This document shows positions 1 to 13,227 of a stretch of 64,000 bases of DNA, piece after piece. This stretch comes from Raillietiella orientalis (taxonomy: Eukaryota): positions 124,001-188,000 of the forward strand of contig JAYWIR010000061.1 of assembly GCA_036172245.1 (NCBI GenBank), in the 5' to 3' direction. Every line of letters begins with the position of its first letter. Position 1 is the stretch's first letter. The notes beneath the pieces are model-generated. The model saw only the letters and a program-made list of their open reading frames with translations. It searched no databases and was not told the origin of the DNA. The position numbers and the translations under genes are program-made.

Positions 1-759
1 TTCCCGCTGTGTCCCTCAAACGAGATCGCGGGTAGTGCGCGTTCCCTACGGAAACTTCGAAAATTCGTTCTGTCGTCCCCTCCCTCTGCACAGGGTGACT
101 TCGGCCGCGCTTCCTCTCAGCGCCCGGCCCGAATCTCCCGGTGCTCATGGCACTCCGGAAATGATCAATAATTGCCTTTGTATGTTACAATTTGCGAGCG
201 ACCATAAGTGCACAATACCTCGTTAGACACGAGAAAGAATGCACTTCATCTAAGAAGCAGACCAACGCTTTGTTGTCATGAAATGAGGGAAGATACCAAG
301 CGCGGAGGTCGTTTCGTTCTTTGTGCTCCAATTAGATCCACAGAAGCTGATAACGAAGTTCCGTGTAACGCGCAGGGTGTGTGGAACCAGCGGGAAAACA
401 GGTGCTCGAACCTCGATTAACTCCGGCCTTCGATTTTACAAAGCAGCCTGACGCCGTTGGCAACCCTGACTGCCTGGTCCGACTTCGAATTTGGAATTCG
501 GGAAGCGAGGGGTCGAGAGCCACCGGTGGAGAGGGGAAGCATCCTCTAGTTCCTCCTTTCCCCTCGTTGCGTAGATGAACTCACCAGGGAAACATCAGCC
601 CATTTCCTTCCCGTGGCGACCCACGTTCGCGGCCGCGAAAAAGGTCTTTGCGCTGTCGAAATTCCCTTGGAAGTGCGATGCCACTCCGGAGGGCGCGCGC
701 TCCCGTTCAGAGGAGCCTCTTCGAGGTTCCGAGAGAGGTCAAGTTTTGGGAAAATTCGG

Positions 760-3700
760 CAGCCTTCCCTAGTAGGCTCAGGAAGGTCATCTTTCCTCTA
801 GCGACTTCTTCTGAAGGCCTCCCTGCGCCACTCTAGCGGAATTCGGACGAGGAAATCGGAAATCCACACAGAGACCTCTTCGCCTAATCTTTTGAGTGAC
901 GGGCGGAGAATGCAGAACAAGAAAGCTGAGAGTAGCCGGATGCTGCACGGACGGATGACCCTCATTTGCTTACTCTCGGCAGGGAAGCAGCTGCGACTGC
1001 TGCCGTCGCTCAGCATCCCCTCGAGGATTTCCTGTCTGCCCCCCTTCCCAAACCTGGTTACCTTGCTGCTCACTGCCGGAGACCACTGCGGACTGTCTTC
1101 TGACGAAAGGATGCTTCCGGGAAGATGGCTCCGTCGGTTCATACCCCTCGGTTGCATGTCGATGGAGCGAAATCATCAACCCGCATCCATCAGGTCTTTT
1201 GTGGATTGTTTGCGGGGAGAGCTGCTGGATCCATGTTTTGCGCGTTGGTCGTCTCAGGAAAGGTAGGAGGATCATTAAGGTGGAGCGAAAAGAAGCTTCC
1301 AGGCATCGTTTTTCTCCCCTCCACCTTGCCTTTTTCCTTCTTCTCTGGCCTTCTTTCGTGGAAAGTCATTGATTATTTTTCCACGAGATGCGACAGTTCT
1401 TCCCATTGTCACGAAGATACGGCGAAGGGAGATAACCCTTGCGTGCAGTTGATCTCGAACGTCTTCCCTCACCACTGATTTCCGAACGGCGTCTTTGTGA
1501 AGCCTCCGGCCGACAGGATGGGCGCCTCCTCCCGTGAGCGCGTAGCTTCTGCATCCACTGGAACAGCGAGAAGCACTTCCGTGCTGAGTAGAGGCCTTTC
1601 GTTTCCTGGCAAAATTCAGGCTCCGTTCCCTCAGGAGCGCTCGAGTTCGCGAGGCATCGGTCGGATCACCCTCTTGTGTTTCGGCATCCCTAAGAGAGTT
1701 AAAAAGGGGAGGGAAGAATGTAACGAAGGAGCAGAGGAGTCAGGAGAATAAAACCCTCCGACTGTCGAGCAGCACGCGAGCAGACGCGTGTGGACCGGCG
1801 GTGAGTCGCTGCGTGATCTCGCGATCCTTTCCGGACGAACCGCGAATGACTCCCCGCGGCGCCTTGCAGGGGAGGCGAGCGTCTCCTCTCGGGGACGAAG
1901 AGCACTAGGCGGTTGGCCAGGATCGGTGAGACGCGGCAACCCTCGGGTTACGCCGTTCCGAGGTTCTTGTCTCATGGGTGCGCTGCGTCCTTCATGGGTT
2001 GCACCGGCTTCCGCTATCCCAGACGCTTTTCCCTGGACCACTGTCAGTTTTAGGCATTTCTCGCTCTCCATCTTTTCTTATTTTTTCCTGTTGTGATCTT
2101 CCCTCTCCCCAAGGACCTCCGTTCATCCCCGGTCAGTGAAAAATTGCCAGATGTCAATTACGGGTTTCTTCTCTCTGGTAAACTTTGCTAATTGAAGATC
2201 CTGGATCGCTCCCGGCAAAGATGCGGGGAAGTGCCATAACAAGGAAGGCGCTGACTGAGGTATCTGCAGCTCCAGCTGGCTTCCAGGACGGCCGCGCGTT
2301 CCCATCTGCGACGCTTACGAGAGAAATAACTCGTTTAAGACTTCCCTGGATCCCGCTCCTCAGATGAGCTTTCGTTTTCCTGGAGAGCAGTCGATGCGCA
2401 GGAGGATGGCGGCCATGCCCCGACAGGGGGACCTTCTTCGAGACCTGAAGAAAGGGACGCGGGTCCTCGCTGGTCGGAAGAAAAGTAGGAAAATCCTTGA
2501 GGTCCTGATAGCGCATGATGACCTTCAGGACCCGATCAGATGGTGTACAGTGCGTTTCCCTGCGTGAAGTGAGTTGGAGTTAATCCCTGCGAGCCTCCGG
2601 CAAACAGGGAGCAGCAGAATCCCTACTCGAGCGCGTCCTGGAAGCAGCCACTCATCCACAGATAAAATCTCTTTTCCTCTTCTTCTTGCTCCTCTTCTTT
2701 TCTTGGTTCCTTTCCTTACACCCACACCCCTCCTTCCCTCTTATCGTGTTTCTTCGTTTTCCCGTTTTGTTCTCATTCCCTCGAGCTGTTGGGCTACTAG
2801 CAACGAAGGTGATTCCTGGCAGAGCGCCGATAGTTGCATGGGATTCCCTATGGACCGGTTTCAGCTGCTTTTCGGGTCCTAGCGCACCCGAAAAGACCAC
2901 AGACCCGCAGATGTCCCGCGCAGGGGGAGGTGCGCGCTGTCGCCAAGAGACCAGCGACTCCCTCCTCCGTTTGGTCTACACCCACAGCGGGGGAACGCGG
3001 CGCCGCATGAGCGCTTTCCGGGGAGCTCATTGGCTGCAGGCACGCGGGGCGAGTGCAGTAGCCATTCCCGGAAAAGCGTCACCTCTTTCCCTCCCCCATC
3101 ACGGAGCAATAAAACGAGGATGCCGGCTGGAATCCTCCTCTTGGCTAAGGAGATGGGATTCCTGAGTCTTGAATCTGCTGCGCGCGCGTTCCCTCCCCAT
3201 TTGCTCTCCCGGTCGTCTCATCCCGGATCCTTCCTTCCCTTCGCTCCAGATTCCCTTCGCGGTCAGCAAAAAAGCGGCATTCTGCAGGAAAACAAATATC
3301 CTCTCTCTCAAAGTTTGTCAGATTAATTCGTCTCAATTGACAGAGGGAGCCCCAGGGAATCATGCTGGCGTTCGTTTCCAAGCAACGCGCTCCGGAGAGT
3401 CTTCCCATGCCAAGCTTGCGTTTTTCCTTCCTTCCCTCCCTCTTCGTTCGGCATCCTTTCCGCTGGGCATCTCCCCTTCGATGAAATGAGATCGGCACCG
3501 GGAAGCAGCCTGGAAGCTGCAAGGGAACCCATCTGTCATGACAAGGGAGATCTCCGTGCGCTTCCGGGATGCCGTGGGACAGGCGTGGGATCCCAGCGGC
3601 TAATTGGGAGAAGTTCTGGATGCCTCTTCAAGAGAACGGTTCCACCAAGACGTCCGACGTCTCTGCGACGCGGGTTCCCGACCCCCAGCATCAGGTTCTT

Positions 3701-4900
3701 CGCTCTCTTCCCCTTTCCGAGGGATGAACCAAGGTTGGGATAGTAGGCTGGCTGGCTCGAGGCGCGGCGTCGGGGAGCAAAAAGCTGGAAAGATCCCGGC
3801 TGACTCCGGACGGAGCCGCGGGCACCTTCCGTGCCCGAAATCCTTTCGCCTCCTCGTCAACAGATGCCGTCGGCGTCGCTTTGCTGGCATCCGCCGTCCC
3901 TTTCGCATCCGGCCGTTCCCTTGGAGCTCTCAGCGTTCGGACGGCGGCACCGGCTGCCAACGTGATGGTCGCTGAACTGCCCGGTAGCCAAGTGCAGGCG
4001 TAGGTGCCGCACTGCCCGGTCAGCAAAGGGAGGAAGGAAGGGGGGGGAGGGTGAAGGGGGGGAAGTGTTTGCAAACAGCGTAGGCGGAGGAGCCCACCCG
4101 CACGCTCCAGTGGGATCCCGGAGATGCGCAGCAGCAGTCAGAGACCACGCGCGTAACCGCGGCGTTCCCTCCCTCCCGCGCGCCGTGCGCTTCTGCGCAG
4201 ATCCGCGCACGTCTGCGGACGGAGGAAGCGACCGCGCGCGCGCGCGCATCGTTATTCAAAAATTTATGATGCGTACGTGTTCCCCCTCGAAATTCCCGCC
4301 ACAGCGTCCGTATCCCTAATCCCGCGAGATGCATCGCCTAGCTGCCAGCAGACAGAATGTCACCTTTTGTCCTCGCGCCATTCTCGGCTGATCCTGAAAT
4401 ATTCCTCTCTCCGTCCGCCCTCTGCGGCGGTTTCGGAATCCTCCCGGAATCTCAACCGTTCCTGGATGGCGCGGTAGGCAGCGTCGAGGACGAAGCCCGC
4501 GGGGCTTCGGATGGGAAGAGGGAAAAAAAAAAACAAAAGGCGAGGATGAAGTCCCCCCCCGCCTTCCGCCTATCGAAGCGGATGCTGCCGAGGGATTCGG
4601 TAGCCTCCGAAGGCGAGTTCTCCTCCGTAGCCATTGTCCACAGTGTCCGTCGGTCGAATGGAAGCAGCCAGCCTGTGGTTTCCTGTGCGAGCGAATCATC
4701 GCATGCCCGGCTTACGGATGACCGAGGAGCCGCGGCCACGCCGCAGACGCGACCCAAGACGTGCGGGAGAAATGAGAAGGGAAAGAAAAGGAACGCAACG
4801 ATCATGTAAATCCGGGAACCGAAATCTCTTTGGCGTTCTTGTCGCCGAAGCTATTCAAGGTATTTTTTTTTTGGTTTCCTTCTAATCCCCTAGGGGCTTT
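760..4900 (-). mobile_element. Decayed L1/Tx1-like non-LTR retrotransposon (ORF1 knuckle relic, APE endonuclease relic, post-RT region)
   Basis: Minus-strand fragments occur in the expected order. A knuckle-like 'DHHVGSRC' lies near 3950-3980. An APE start 'GINSNSLHAGK' lies near 2590, followed by 'GMAAILL' and 'IDIWQFF'. Post-RT 'SRGKIIND' and 'PFLRR..KTWI..IHKRPDGCGL' lie at 1150-1400. Many frameshifts. Confidence 0.5.
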
Positions 4901-4974
4901 TTATTTTATTTTATTTTTCAAACAAACAAAAAAATCCCTCACCGCTGTCTTTTCTCTTTATATTTTGGGGGAAG

Positions 4975-5620
4975 GGAGGATTCCCCAATAAGAGGGAACG
5001 GTGCTGCTCGCATCTGCATCTCGGCGAGATGCGTGCAGGTCTGATGTGCGCTTCCACGAAAGCGGTGACCTACTAATTATCCCACAGCGTTCGCCCCCCG
5101 TCAGGAATGGCGTCACCTGAGCACAAGCCGCATCCACACATCAGGCACACACGCGCGGATGCAGACTCCAACATGCTGGTGACCCCGGGACAACCCTCGT
5201 TTTGCTGGCGCCGGCCACGCGCCGCATGCGGGCGCAGAGAAGCGGGGAGGCAGCAGAGGCCACCGCTTGATAGAGCGCCAAGCCAGGCAGGTACGAGCGG
5301 AAGGCCGCGATGCTGCAGATTTGGCTCCACTCTTAGCAAATCTGCTCTGGAAAGAGACGAAAGTGAGAAAAAGGAGACCCGAGCCACGCACTCGTGAGAC
5401 CAGCAGCTCCGGAACCCACCAAGGACTTTGCCACCCTCTTGGGGGTGCTCGCATAAATCCGCGCAATGAGCCTACCACACCTGATTTCTCCATCACTTCC
5501 GACGTTGATGACCACGTCACAAGCCTTTGATCAGGGGTCAAGAAGGTGAGACGTTCAAAATGATGGCAACTTCGTCTCCAGGTATGAAATCTCAACCGAC
5601 CGAATGAACTTTTTTTTGCC
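4975..5620 (+). pseudogene. SNX9/18/33-like relic (PX end to BAR start)
   Basis: 4983-5015 resembles the linker end at 30716-30750. ORF 5267-5530 reads 'IERQARQV..LAPLLANLLWKETKVRKRRPE', resembling the PX-end / 'WK.GKRRAE' region. Confidence 0.35.
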
Positions 5621-7899
5621 GTTGAACCCTTGAGACTTCGGGCACATCAGATGGAGAGAGTGAGAAGATCAGTGAGAAGATCACTTCCATCTCCCAGCAC
5701 TCCAGCCAGTCTTGGGCATCCCGTTCAAAGACTGAATCAAGAGAGCGCCATTGGATCGGATCGCCCTTCGGAGCAGCTTCCTTTCGAGGGCCGCAGATCC
5801 ATCCATGTGGCTACTTGACTCGTGCAGGTACGTACCCGTCCGCTGAGGATGGTCTCTCTCGCAGGAGCAGGAGATGCGTCGAGAGGGAAGAGTTCCTAGG
5901 GAACGTGCTCGATCACTGTGCCAGCAACGAAGCCACAGTCATCAAAAGACTAGAAAAGCTGGTAGTCCAGGTACAGGAAGGTTACCTGCCTGCACCAGGA
6001 GCTGGGGACTTCCCATCAGCCTGTCTCAGAAATGGGTTCGATGCCAAAGTGCTCCAGTAAGGAGGGAAGCTGAATTATGCCGGAAATCACTTGCTCTCAC
6101 GAGCATTCATCGACGGCACCAGAGGGACGGCAGCAGAAGGAGAGGAAATGCAGAGGGTCGGCCCCCCACCACGTCCCCCCAAAGGGATGACCGCAACAGT
6201 AGAAGCGCCCGTAGTGGGATATTAAGACCCGGAGAAGAGAGAAGCGAGTGGGAGAACTTCCCTCGTTCTAGAGAGATAGGAGCAGAACGCCAACGAAGGA
6301 TAGATGTGTCGTATGCATTGGATAGGTTACCTTCCCTAGTGAGATTAGGACTACGATCCCCTAAAAATCGTAGTCTATCCCGAGGGAGGGGCGAAGAGGA
6401 TGTGACAAGGGAACGGCGTAAAAACACTTCTCCCTTTTGCCCCATGCCAACGTGTTTCGTAGGTAAAAAGAGAGTGAAGAGTGAAGAGAGTGAAGCACCA
6501 TCACTGCAAATGGGGGGAAAAATCGGCAGAAGGTGCATCATATTTTTAGGTAGGACGTGCATGATGGAAAGCAGGGTGGCAGCTTCATCGGCTGCAAGAG
6601 GTGCGGTCCGAACGCTGCAGCGGTCGCTAATTGCCGGATCAGCAAGCACCCTTCGTGGGGCCCCGCATGCGCGGCGGGAGGAGGATTCGGGAAGGAGGAG
6701 CCCGCCGGACATAGTCTGTGCCTGACGTGCATGGGAGCGGAAATTCCCGTCGCAGAGAGCTAGTAAAAAAAGCTCTCCGGGAACAACTGGGGCTTCCCTG
6801 CCTCCCTGTAGCGTGGAGCACGGAGCGGCGGGAGGAGACGAAACGCAGAAAAGGCAAGGAGGACCACGCTGTCGTGCGAGAGGCCTCCAGAGCTGTCCCA
6901 ATGAAACACAAACCGCGGAGATGGGCGAGCGTGCAGACCCCAAATATCCGCTGCATCTTCCAAGGGAACAACTCGGTCTCTTCCCCCCCTCCTCGCCTCT
7001 CCCCTTCCTCCACCCTCCTCGACCTAGTGAAAAAACAGGATCCCTCGACTGAGGCAGTACCTTCCCCCTCGGCATGCGCCCTGAGCACCTCCCGCATCAC
7101 CCTTCTCCACCGGTCGCAGAGGAGTCCAAAGAGGGTTATCGAACTGAAACGCTCTCGTTCTCGTGCTGCTCGCATCCGAAAAGATGCAACGCAGATGCAA
7201 GCAGATGGCAGACGCCTCGCAGAAAAGGGCGCAGGTTCCTGGGCTTCTCACAGCGTCATCCGTGGAAACACAAGATAACCTGCAACTTGACCCTCTACCA
7301 ATCCATTTTTTTTTCACCCTTTTCCTTTCCTCCTCTTCCTCCTCCTCTTCCCCCCCCCCCCTCTTGCTGTCACAGGGATGAAAAGAAACAGAGGGAAGCG
7401 ATGAGGAGGACCCTTGGGATCCGTGGGTTGTCACAAAGACAAGGATAACGCAAAAAGTCTACAAGTTCAGCTCGAAAACACCCCGCAAGACGCATGCGCC
7501 GTGGCGCCCAACGAGAGCAGTCCTCACGCGAGAGCTCAACAGCAGCGCTGCCATGCGAGTCAGGATACTCCTCTTCCATCGAGGGAAGGCAACACTCCCG
7601 TGCCGGACCCCCAGCATTGCCGGAAGAAGATGAGACCGAGGATCCTCTTCTACGATGGCCTTGCTAAAAAAGTCTATTCCAAAGTGGAGAGGAGGGGGGG
7701 AAGGAGGAAAAGAGTGGAACAGAGAAGACAAGGCTGGAAGATCTTCACGCTTAGGGACTCCTGGAAGCAAAGAGAAACGTGCAAGGAGATCTGGGTTGCC
7801 AGGACTCTCTGAAACGCCACTCCAGCATCTGAAAAGGAGGTATGACAAAGCCACGAGGATTCCCGAAGCTCGTCACCTTTTAAAAATCTTTGGAATCTA

Positions 7900-10800
7900 G
7901 CACCTACAAGATGTCCTTATTGCATCCGGAGAGAAGCAACACAAAAAGCACGACGCGGATGGTCGGTGTGCGGTGCGGGGAGTGCATTGACCCGCACTGA
8001 GTTCGAGCATCCTGGACCACACCTTTCCCCGCTCTTGGGGAACCTCGGGAAGATGCTCACATTCCTGAGGTAAGGATCATGGACGGGTATAGAAGGCTGA
8101 CCCTACGCCGCTCGCACTTCTCCTTTCCAGCTCTAAGGAAGAACAAAGGTGCAACCTAAGGTGCGGTTTCCCTGGGAGTGGAGCTCCAACTCGTAGCTAG
8201 ATGATTCCGCACCTTAGTTACATCCCTAGACTCCCATATCTGTAGCAGCTGAGCACTGTGAAGCGCTTGGTCACTTAGAGAGACTTCTATCTCCGAGCTA
8301 CCTGCGTTTTTTTCTCTTCGAAGTTCCTCACCACGCCTTCGAAAGTATGTCGGGATGTCGATGGTGGTCCAGTTCTCGCTCTGAGCTCCGTGTAAGAGCC
8401 ACAAATGCCTCCTCCCCCTCCTCTTCCTCTTTCTTTCCTCCTTTCCTCCTCCTTTCCTCCTCTTCCTTTCCTGTTCCCTTCCATCTCCCCACCGTGGCAT
8501 CATGACGATACCGCGTGGCGATGCTGATCCAGGAAGAAAAAAGAAAAGGAAAACGAATGGAGAGGAAAAAGCAGGATCGATCTCCGGTTCCATTCTGGGA
8601 GATTCCTCGAGAGCGGAAGGATCGAGCATTCCAGAGAGGACTCGGCATTCCCGAAGGTGCAGGAGAGGGCTCAAGGAGAACGATTGGTCGAAGTTGTCTC
8701 TGTGAGGGGTCGGAGGGGTCGGAGGAGGAGCTGGAAAGGAGAAGGTGAAAGGAAAATGTTCATTGGAGCTTCCGAGTGGACGAGGCGGCTGAGGCTCCCC
8801 TTCCCTGCTCTCTCCACAACGACCTGCATAGGTCGGCGGCGGTCTCGTTCACGGCGGGGCACTCTGCTGGCAGGAAGATGGGGTCGCGAACTCTCGCTTT
8901 CAGCAGGATCGGAGCTCCTCCGGTAAGAAGAGTTCCTCCCTCGAGGGGGAAGAAGGAGCAGGAAGACAGGAGTGCGTGCTAGCCTTTCTCGCGGGTAGGT
9001 CCTCCCTTTCCAGCATCCCCGCCCTCAGGGAGCAGATGCCGCCATCATCCACTCCCTCCTTCAAGCGCGTGCCTGCTGGCCCCACCCTCCCTTTTCCTGC
9101 TTGCGCTCCTCGGTCCTTCGGATTCCGAAAGTTCGGCCCCCAAGATGGGGACGAAGGCAGGGAAGAAATTCCTTTATTCTCACTCGTCCGGGAGAGGGGA
9201 TCACAGCGGAGATCCGCTCCCGGAGGATACGTGAGAGGACAAAGAGTAATGGCGGTCCGGCTTCCGCAGACAATAAGGGAGCCTCCAGATTAGGGTTGAT
9301 TCCGGGGACAAAAGAAGGAGTGCGCGTCTTCATCAGAGTCCCATTGTCTCCCCCATCTGATGACGTCCACACGCGAGGGAACTGCATCCCTGGAAATCCC
9401 GTCGCCCCTGGACTTCGAAAGGTGCTTCCCGAGGTGGCGGCGCCTGCAGGGAGGGAAGACGATGGAGGGCAGGGGAGATCCCGGCTTTCGTCCCCGTCGG
9501 GAGCGCGAACAGGTTCTTCCCCGGAAAAGCGTCCTGCCTCCCGATCCGGCTGCTCCCTCGCCGCGAGTCCGTCCAACGAGGAAGCTCCCGGCCACCCACG
9601 CTCCCCAGTCCTTGTGCAGAGCAGGGGCGGAGGTTCCGTTCCCTCCGCTCCCGAGCCCAGAACCCGAGGGAGGCTCGGCAGCTTCGAGGAAAGCGTGCCG
9701 AGGGATGCCAGTCGTTTATTATTTTTTTCTTTTTTCCAGACTCCCTCCCTATTTTTTTTTTTTTTTTTTGCCTTCCTTTTTTCCACCACCCCCGATTTCC
9801 AGAGGGATGATTCCCGTTTCCCCTCCGTGAAAACAAATCCCGATCCCGGAATCATAGCCCGTTGCGAAAGGCCAGACCATTTTTTCTTTTTTTTCGGATC
9901 AGACAGCCATCGAAATCTCCCCTCCCTCCTCCTTTCCCTCCCCCGCTGTTTTCCCCGTCCCCTTCGCCTTTTCCAGGTCCCGGCAGGATTTTTCCTCTGG
10001 GAGATGCGTTTATTTTTTTATTTTTCTCTTTTTCGGGAAACGCTTGACGGGTGACCTTCCGGGTCACCCTAACGACGCTATCAGGAGCGGCGAAGATCGT
10101 TGCCATTACCGGGATGCAAGGAAGTGTGACCCCTCCCTTGACCAGTAATGATCGCACGCTCGTTAAACCCGAGAGACCTCCGCAGCTCCCGGACGTCCAG
10201 GTTTCTCCCTTGACGTCCCAATCGAAGGGCACGCAAGCGCCGGGTTTCGGCGAACCGGAAGATCCCCTTGACGCAGGCTCGGAGCGAGCCCTCTCGCGGA
10301 AGCACGTGGCCCTATGGGAATGGGGGGTGAGGGAGGAGGGGTGGAGAAAGCCATCCCGGACGACTCGAGGAGTATCAGGTGCGTTTCTCCACCGCAGAGA
10401 GTCACGCCCGGAAGCGATTTGAAAGCCGTCCCCCCCTTTCCCCTTCTGCGAGCAGCGTTCGGCTGGTCGTTCCCGGGAGCTCCAGGAAAAGCGCTGGTTT
10501 CGACGGCACGTTCCCCGCTAAGGGCAGAGGGACACGATCCAGCACCGTTCCTCCTCGAGGATCCACTAGTCCTCCAGTTTCCTCTTTCCGATACTTCCCG
10601 ACAGCCACCTTGGGGGAAATATGGAGTAGACTTCGAGGTCCAAGAGAGATCCCACGTTTCCGGCATGGGTCCTTTCTCTCTCCAGGGGAAGACAAGAACC
10701 TGCTGGGAGAAGTCCCTGGGAGTCTTCGCTCCACGCGGGATGGGTTGCTGTCGGTTGGCAGTCCTTGAAGTCCAGCGGGCGGGTCCTTCGGTGAGCTGTG

Positions 10801-11450
10801 GGCCGGTAGGCCGCGAGGTGGGTACGCGGACACGCAGCGATGGGAGGGGAGTTTTCTCTGTGCTCCCTTCCGAGAGAATCCGCCGGGACGAGCCGCCACG
10901 CAAAGGGAAGAAGCTGCTCCTAGTCATTGCTGCGACGGGTCATCGGTGGCACCTCGAGCGGATGCACGTCTCATACCTCTATGAGCCATGCGAAGGACGG
11001 ACCTTCTCCTCCCCCCCTTCCGCGTGGTATGCCAGAACAGCGACCAGCTAGGTGCCCACAGTGGATGCTGGTTTCGGGAGGGACCAGACTCTGAAAAATG
11101 CCACACCCCTGAGCGGGAGCTACCCGCTCTAGGACTTTCCTTTTCCCGCACGAACATGTCTTATACGTGTTGCTCTTAATCCAGGATCCGCAGGTGCCAT
11201 CAACATGTTCCATGACAGGGAAATCGATCTGCTCGTGAAAAGAATGAATCGCCCTTGGGGTAGAGTCTCTGCAGAGGGCGCGCTTGAATTTGGTATAACC
11301 CTTGCCTGTATTCACCGCGGCAACCGCAAGGAACTGTACTTCCGCCACTTTGCTTGCAGTCAGCACATCATTTTACGGTTTCGTGCGTACAGTTTGGCTG
11401 AAAAGGCACACTCTGCAGGAATGTTGCTATCGGCGGTGCAGCACAGGAAG
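7900..11450 (-). mobile_element. Decayed LINE ORF1 (low-complexity, knuckle relic) and possible APE start
   Basis: 'HRGMRRASAR' knuckle-like relic near 10950-10990, long Pro/Ser/Arg-rich minus-strand frames, and 'EHLPEVPQE' near 8040-8065 (cf. APE DIxxLQE). Confidence 0.3.
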
Positions 11451-11641
11451 GGGTGTTGACTTTTTCAGGAGGTCTCAAGGGCATCTCACGTGCCTCGTGT
11501 GAACCGACCTCTATCTCCCGCGTGGCTGCGGTCACCTCTCGTGATGCCAAGCGCTGTGGGTTCGAACCCCACCCGGGAAGGATGGGTGCCGGCAAATGGA
11601 TGCAACTTGGGTTTCGAGTTCCTCCGCAAGATGACACTGGT

Positions 11642-12551
11642 TGCTCTTTATTTCACCCGGTCACGCTGGGGCGTTTATTTCAAAAAAAATATTTACAAAA
11701 AAAAAAAACAGTCACATGAAATGTAACAAAATGCCTCCCTTCGTAGTGGTTCCACACCACCAGTGCAAAATGAAATACCCCGGAGGCTCTGCTTCTCGTG
11801 AGCCGCTCCCCGATGAAGTCCGCACAGGATAAGTGGGGGAAGGGGTAAACAAAAACAAAAAAACACACACAAAAGTTCAGTCGAAGAATGTTGGGGGGGG
11901 GAGGGAAGGGATCACAGATTTCTTCCTGGCATCCTCAGCATACCCTGAAGGCTGGAGGATATTGGTAACTTCCTCCTTTTGCTGGCAGAGATGTGGCCAT
12001 CACCTTCCTCATGAAGGAGCAGGTGATCACGATGACCTCACCGTTCGACTGGCCTCTTCCTGCGCGGTTTCTCGCCGCCACGATTCCACGAAGGCAGCAC
12101 GGATCTGCAAGGGAAGCTGCAGGCGGCATCGAAGAGGCGCCGCAAGACCTCTTTGAAGCTGCCCATCGGGAATGGGAAGACCGCAGCGAAGCGTTTTCAG
12201 GCACTCGGGAGAACAACACAATCCAACAACAGGTGCGGGAAGGTTTCCCGTTCCCTGCACCTGGCACAGTTCGTCCAGCGGTGGACTCGTGCGTGGCACG
12301 GGATCGCTCAGCGCAACAACTGCAATGCCGAGTCCCGCCACTTCAGGGGAAGCGTGATGCTGTCCACAAACACTGGGGGTATTCTGCCTCTTTGGGAGGA
12401 ATGTCCAGGAATTTCACCCAGAGACGAATTCCGTTGGGGAGGAATGAAGGGGTACATGCGCCAACCAATTGACGCGCCATTCAGCATCCCAGCTGCTTCT
12501 TTTTTCCGGTGATCTCGCAGGATACTTCCCATATTGCGGGCACATCTCTGT
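11642..12551 (-). mobile_element. 5'-truncated Tx1-like LINE, copy A (CCHC finger + 3' UTR)
   Basis: Minus-strand 'NCARCRERETFPHLLLDC' near 12220-12275 is homologous to the finger at 54220-54285. Flanked by cactggt at 11635-11641 and 12555-12561. Confidence 0.65.
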
Positions 12552-12591
12552 TTCCACTGGTTGCCTTTCAGGCATCGGACGCGGCATTGGT

Positions 12592-13227
12592 TGACACCCG
12601 GTCACGCTGGGGCGTCTACTTATAAAAAATAAAGTAGGCAAGACGTCTGTGGCAAGACATTTGATGCTGCGCCGTTAACTTATAACTACGAGAAGCAACC
12701 TGCCAGGAACTGACACGTAGGCCAGTGGGGTTCGCCTCGGCAGCATAGGGGAAGGGGAGACAAACATAAAGAAAAAGAGAGACAACAGAAAACATACGAT
12801 CACAAAAATTAGGGGGATTTGGAAGGATCACTGTGTGTTGGAGGTGGTCCTCTGCATCCTTGTGAGGATGCCAGCAATTTCCTCCTTCACTGTTCCCAGA
12901 TGGGACCATCTTGACGTTGTCCTCATGAAGAGGACAGCAGAATAGATCACTTCTCTGTCGTCCTGGCCTCCTCTGGAGCTGTTCCATGCAGCCACGGTTC
13001 TGCGTAGGTAGCAAAGTGCTGCTAGGGGTGCGGCCGGCGTTAGGGCGTCGCGCGGGAGGAGGCGCCTTCAAACGTCTCTGATGTTGCTGCTGGGATTCCA
13101 AGGGTCGCAGCAAAGCGTCCCCAAAGGGGCTGGAGGGCAACACAGTCCTTTAGGAAGTGCGGGAAGGTTTCTTGTTCCTCACACCTTGCAAAATTTGGAT
13201 CCACAACACTTCAGTGGCTGTCTGATT
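12592..13227 (-). mobile_element. 5'-truncated Tx1-like LINE, copy B
   Basis: Collinear diverged homology to about 23243-23830. Flanked by gcggcattggt (12581-12591) and ctgccactggt (13228-13238). Confidence 0.7.

Noticed and set aside
5874..10054. Long ORFs of 260-320 aa as real genes
   Set aside because: GC-rich, low-complexity, overlapping on both strands and without domains; most likely decayed ORF1 or chance frames.
11545..11580. Functional tRNA gene
   Set aside because: Only a T-arm-like motif is present; no acceptor, D or anticodon stems could be built.
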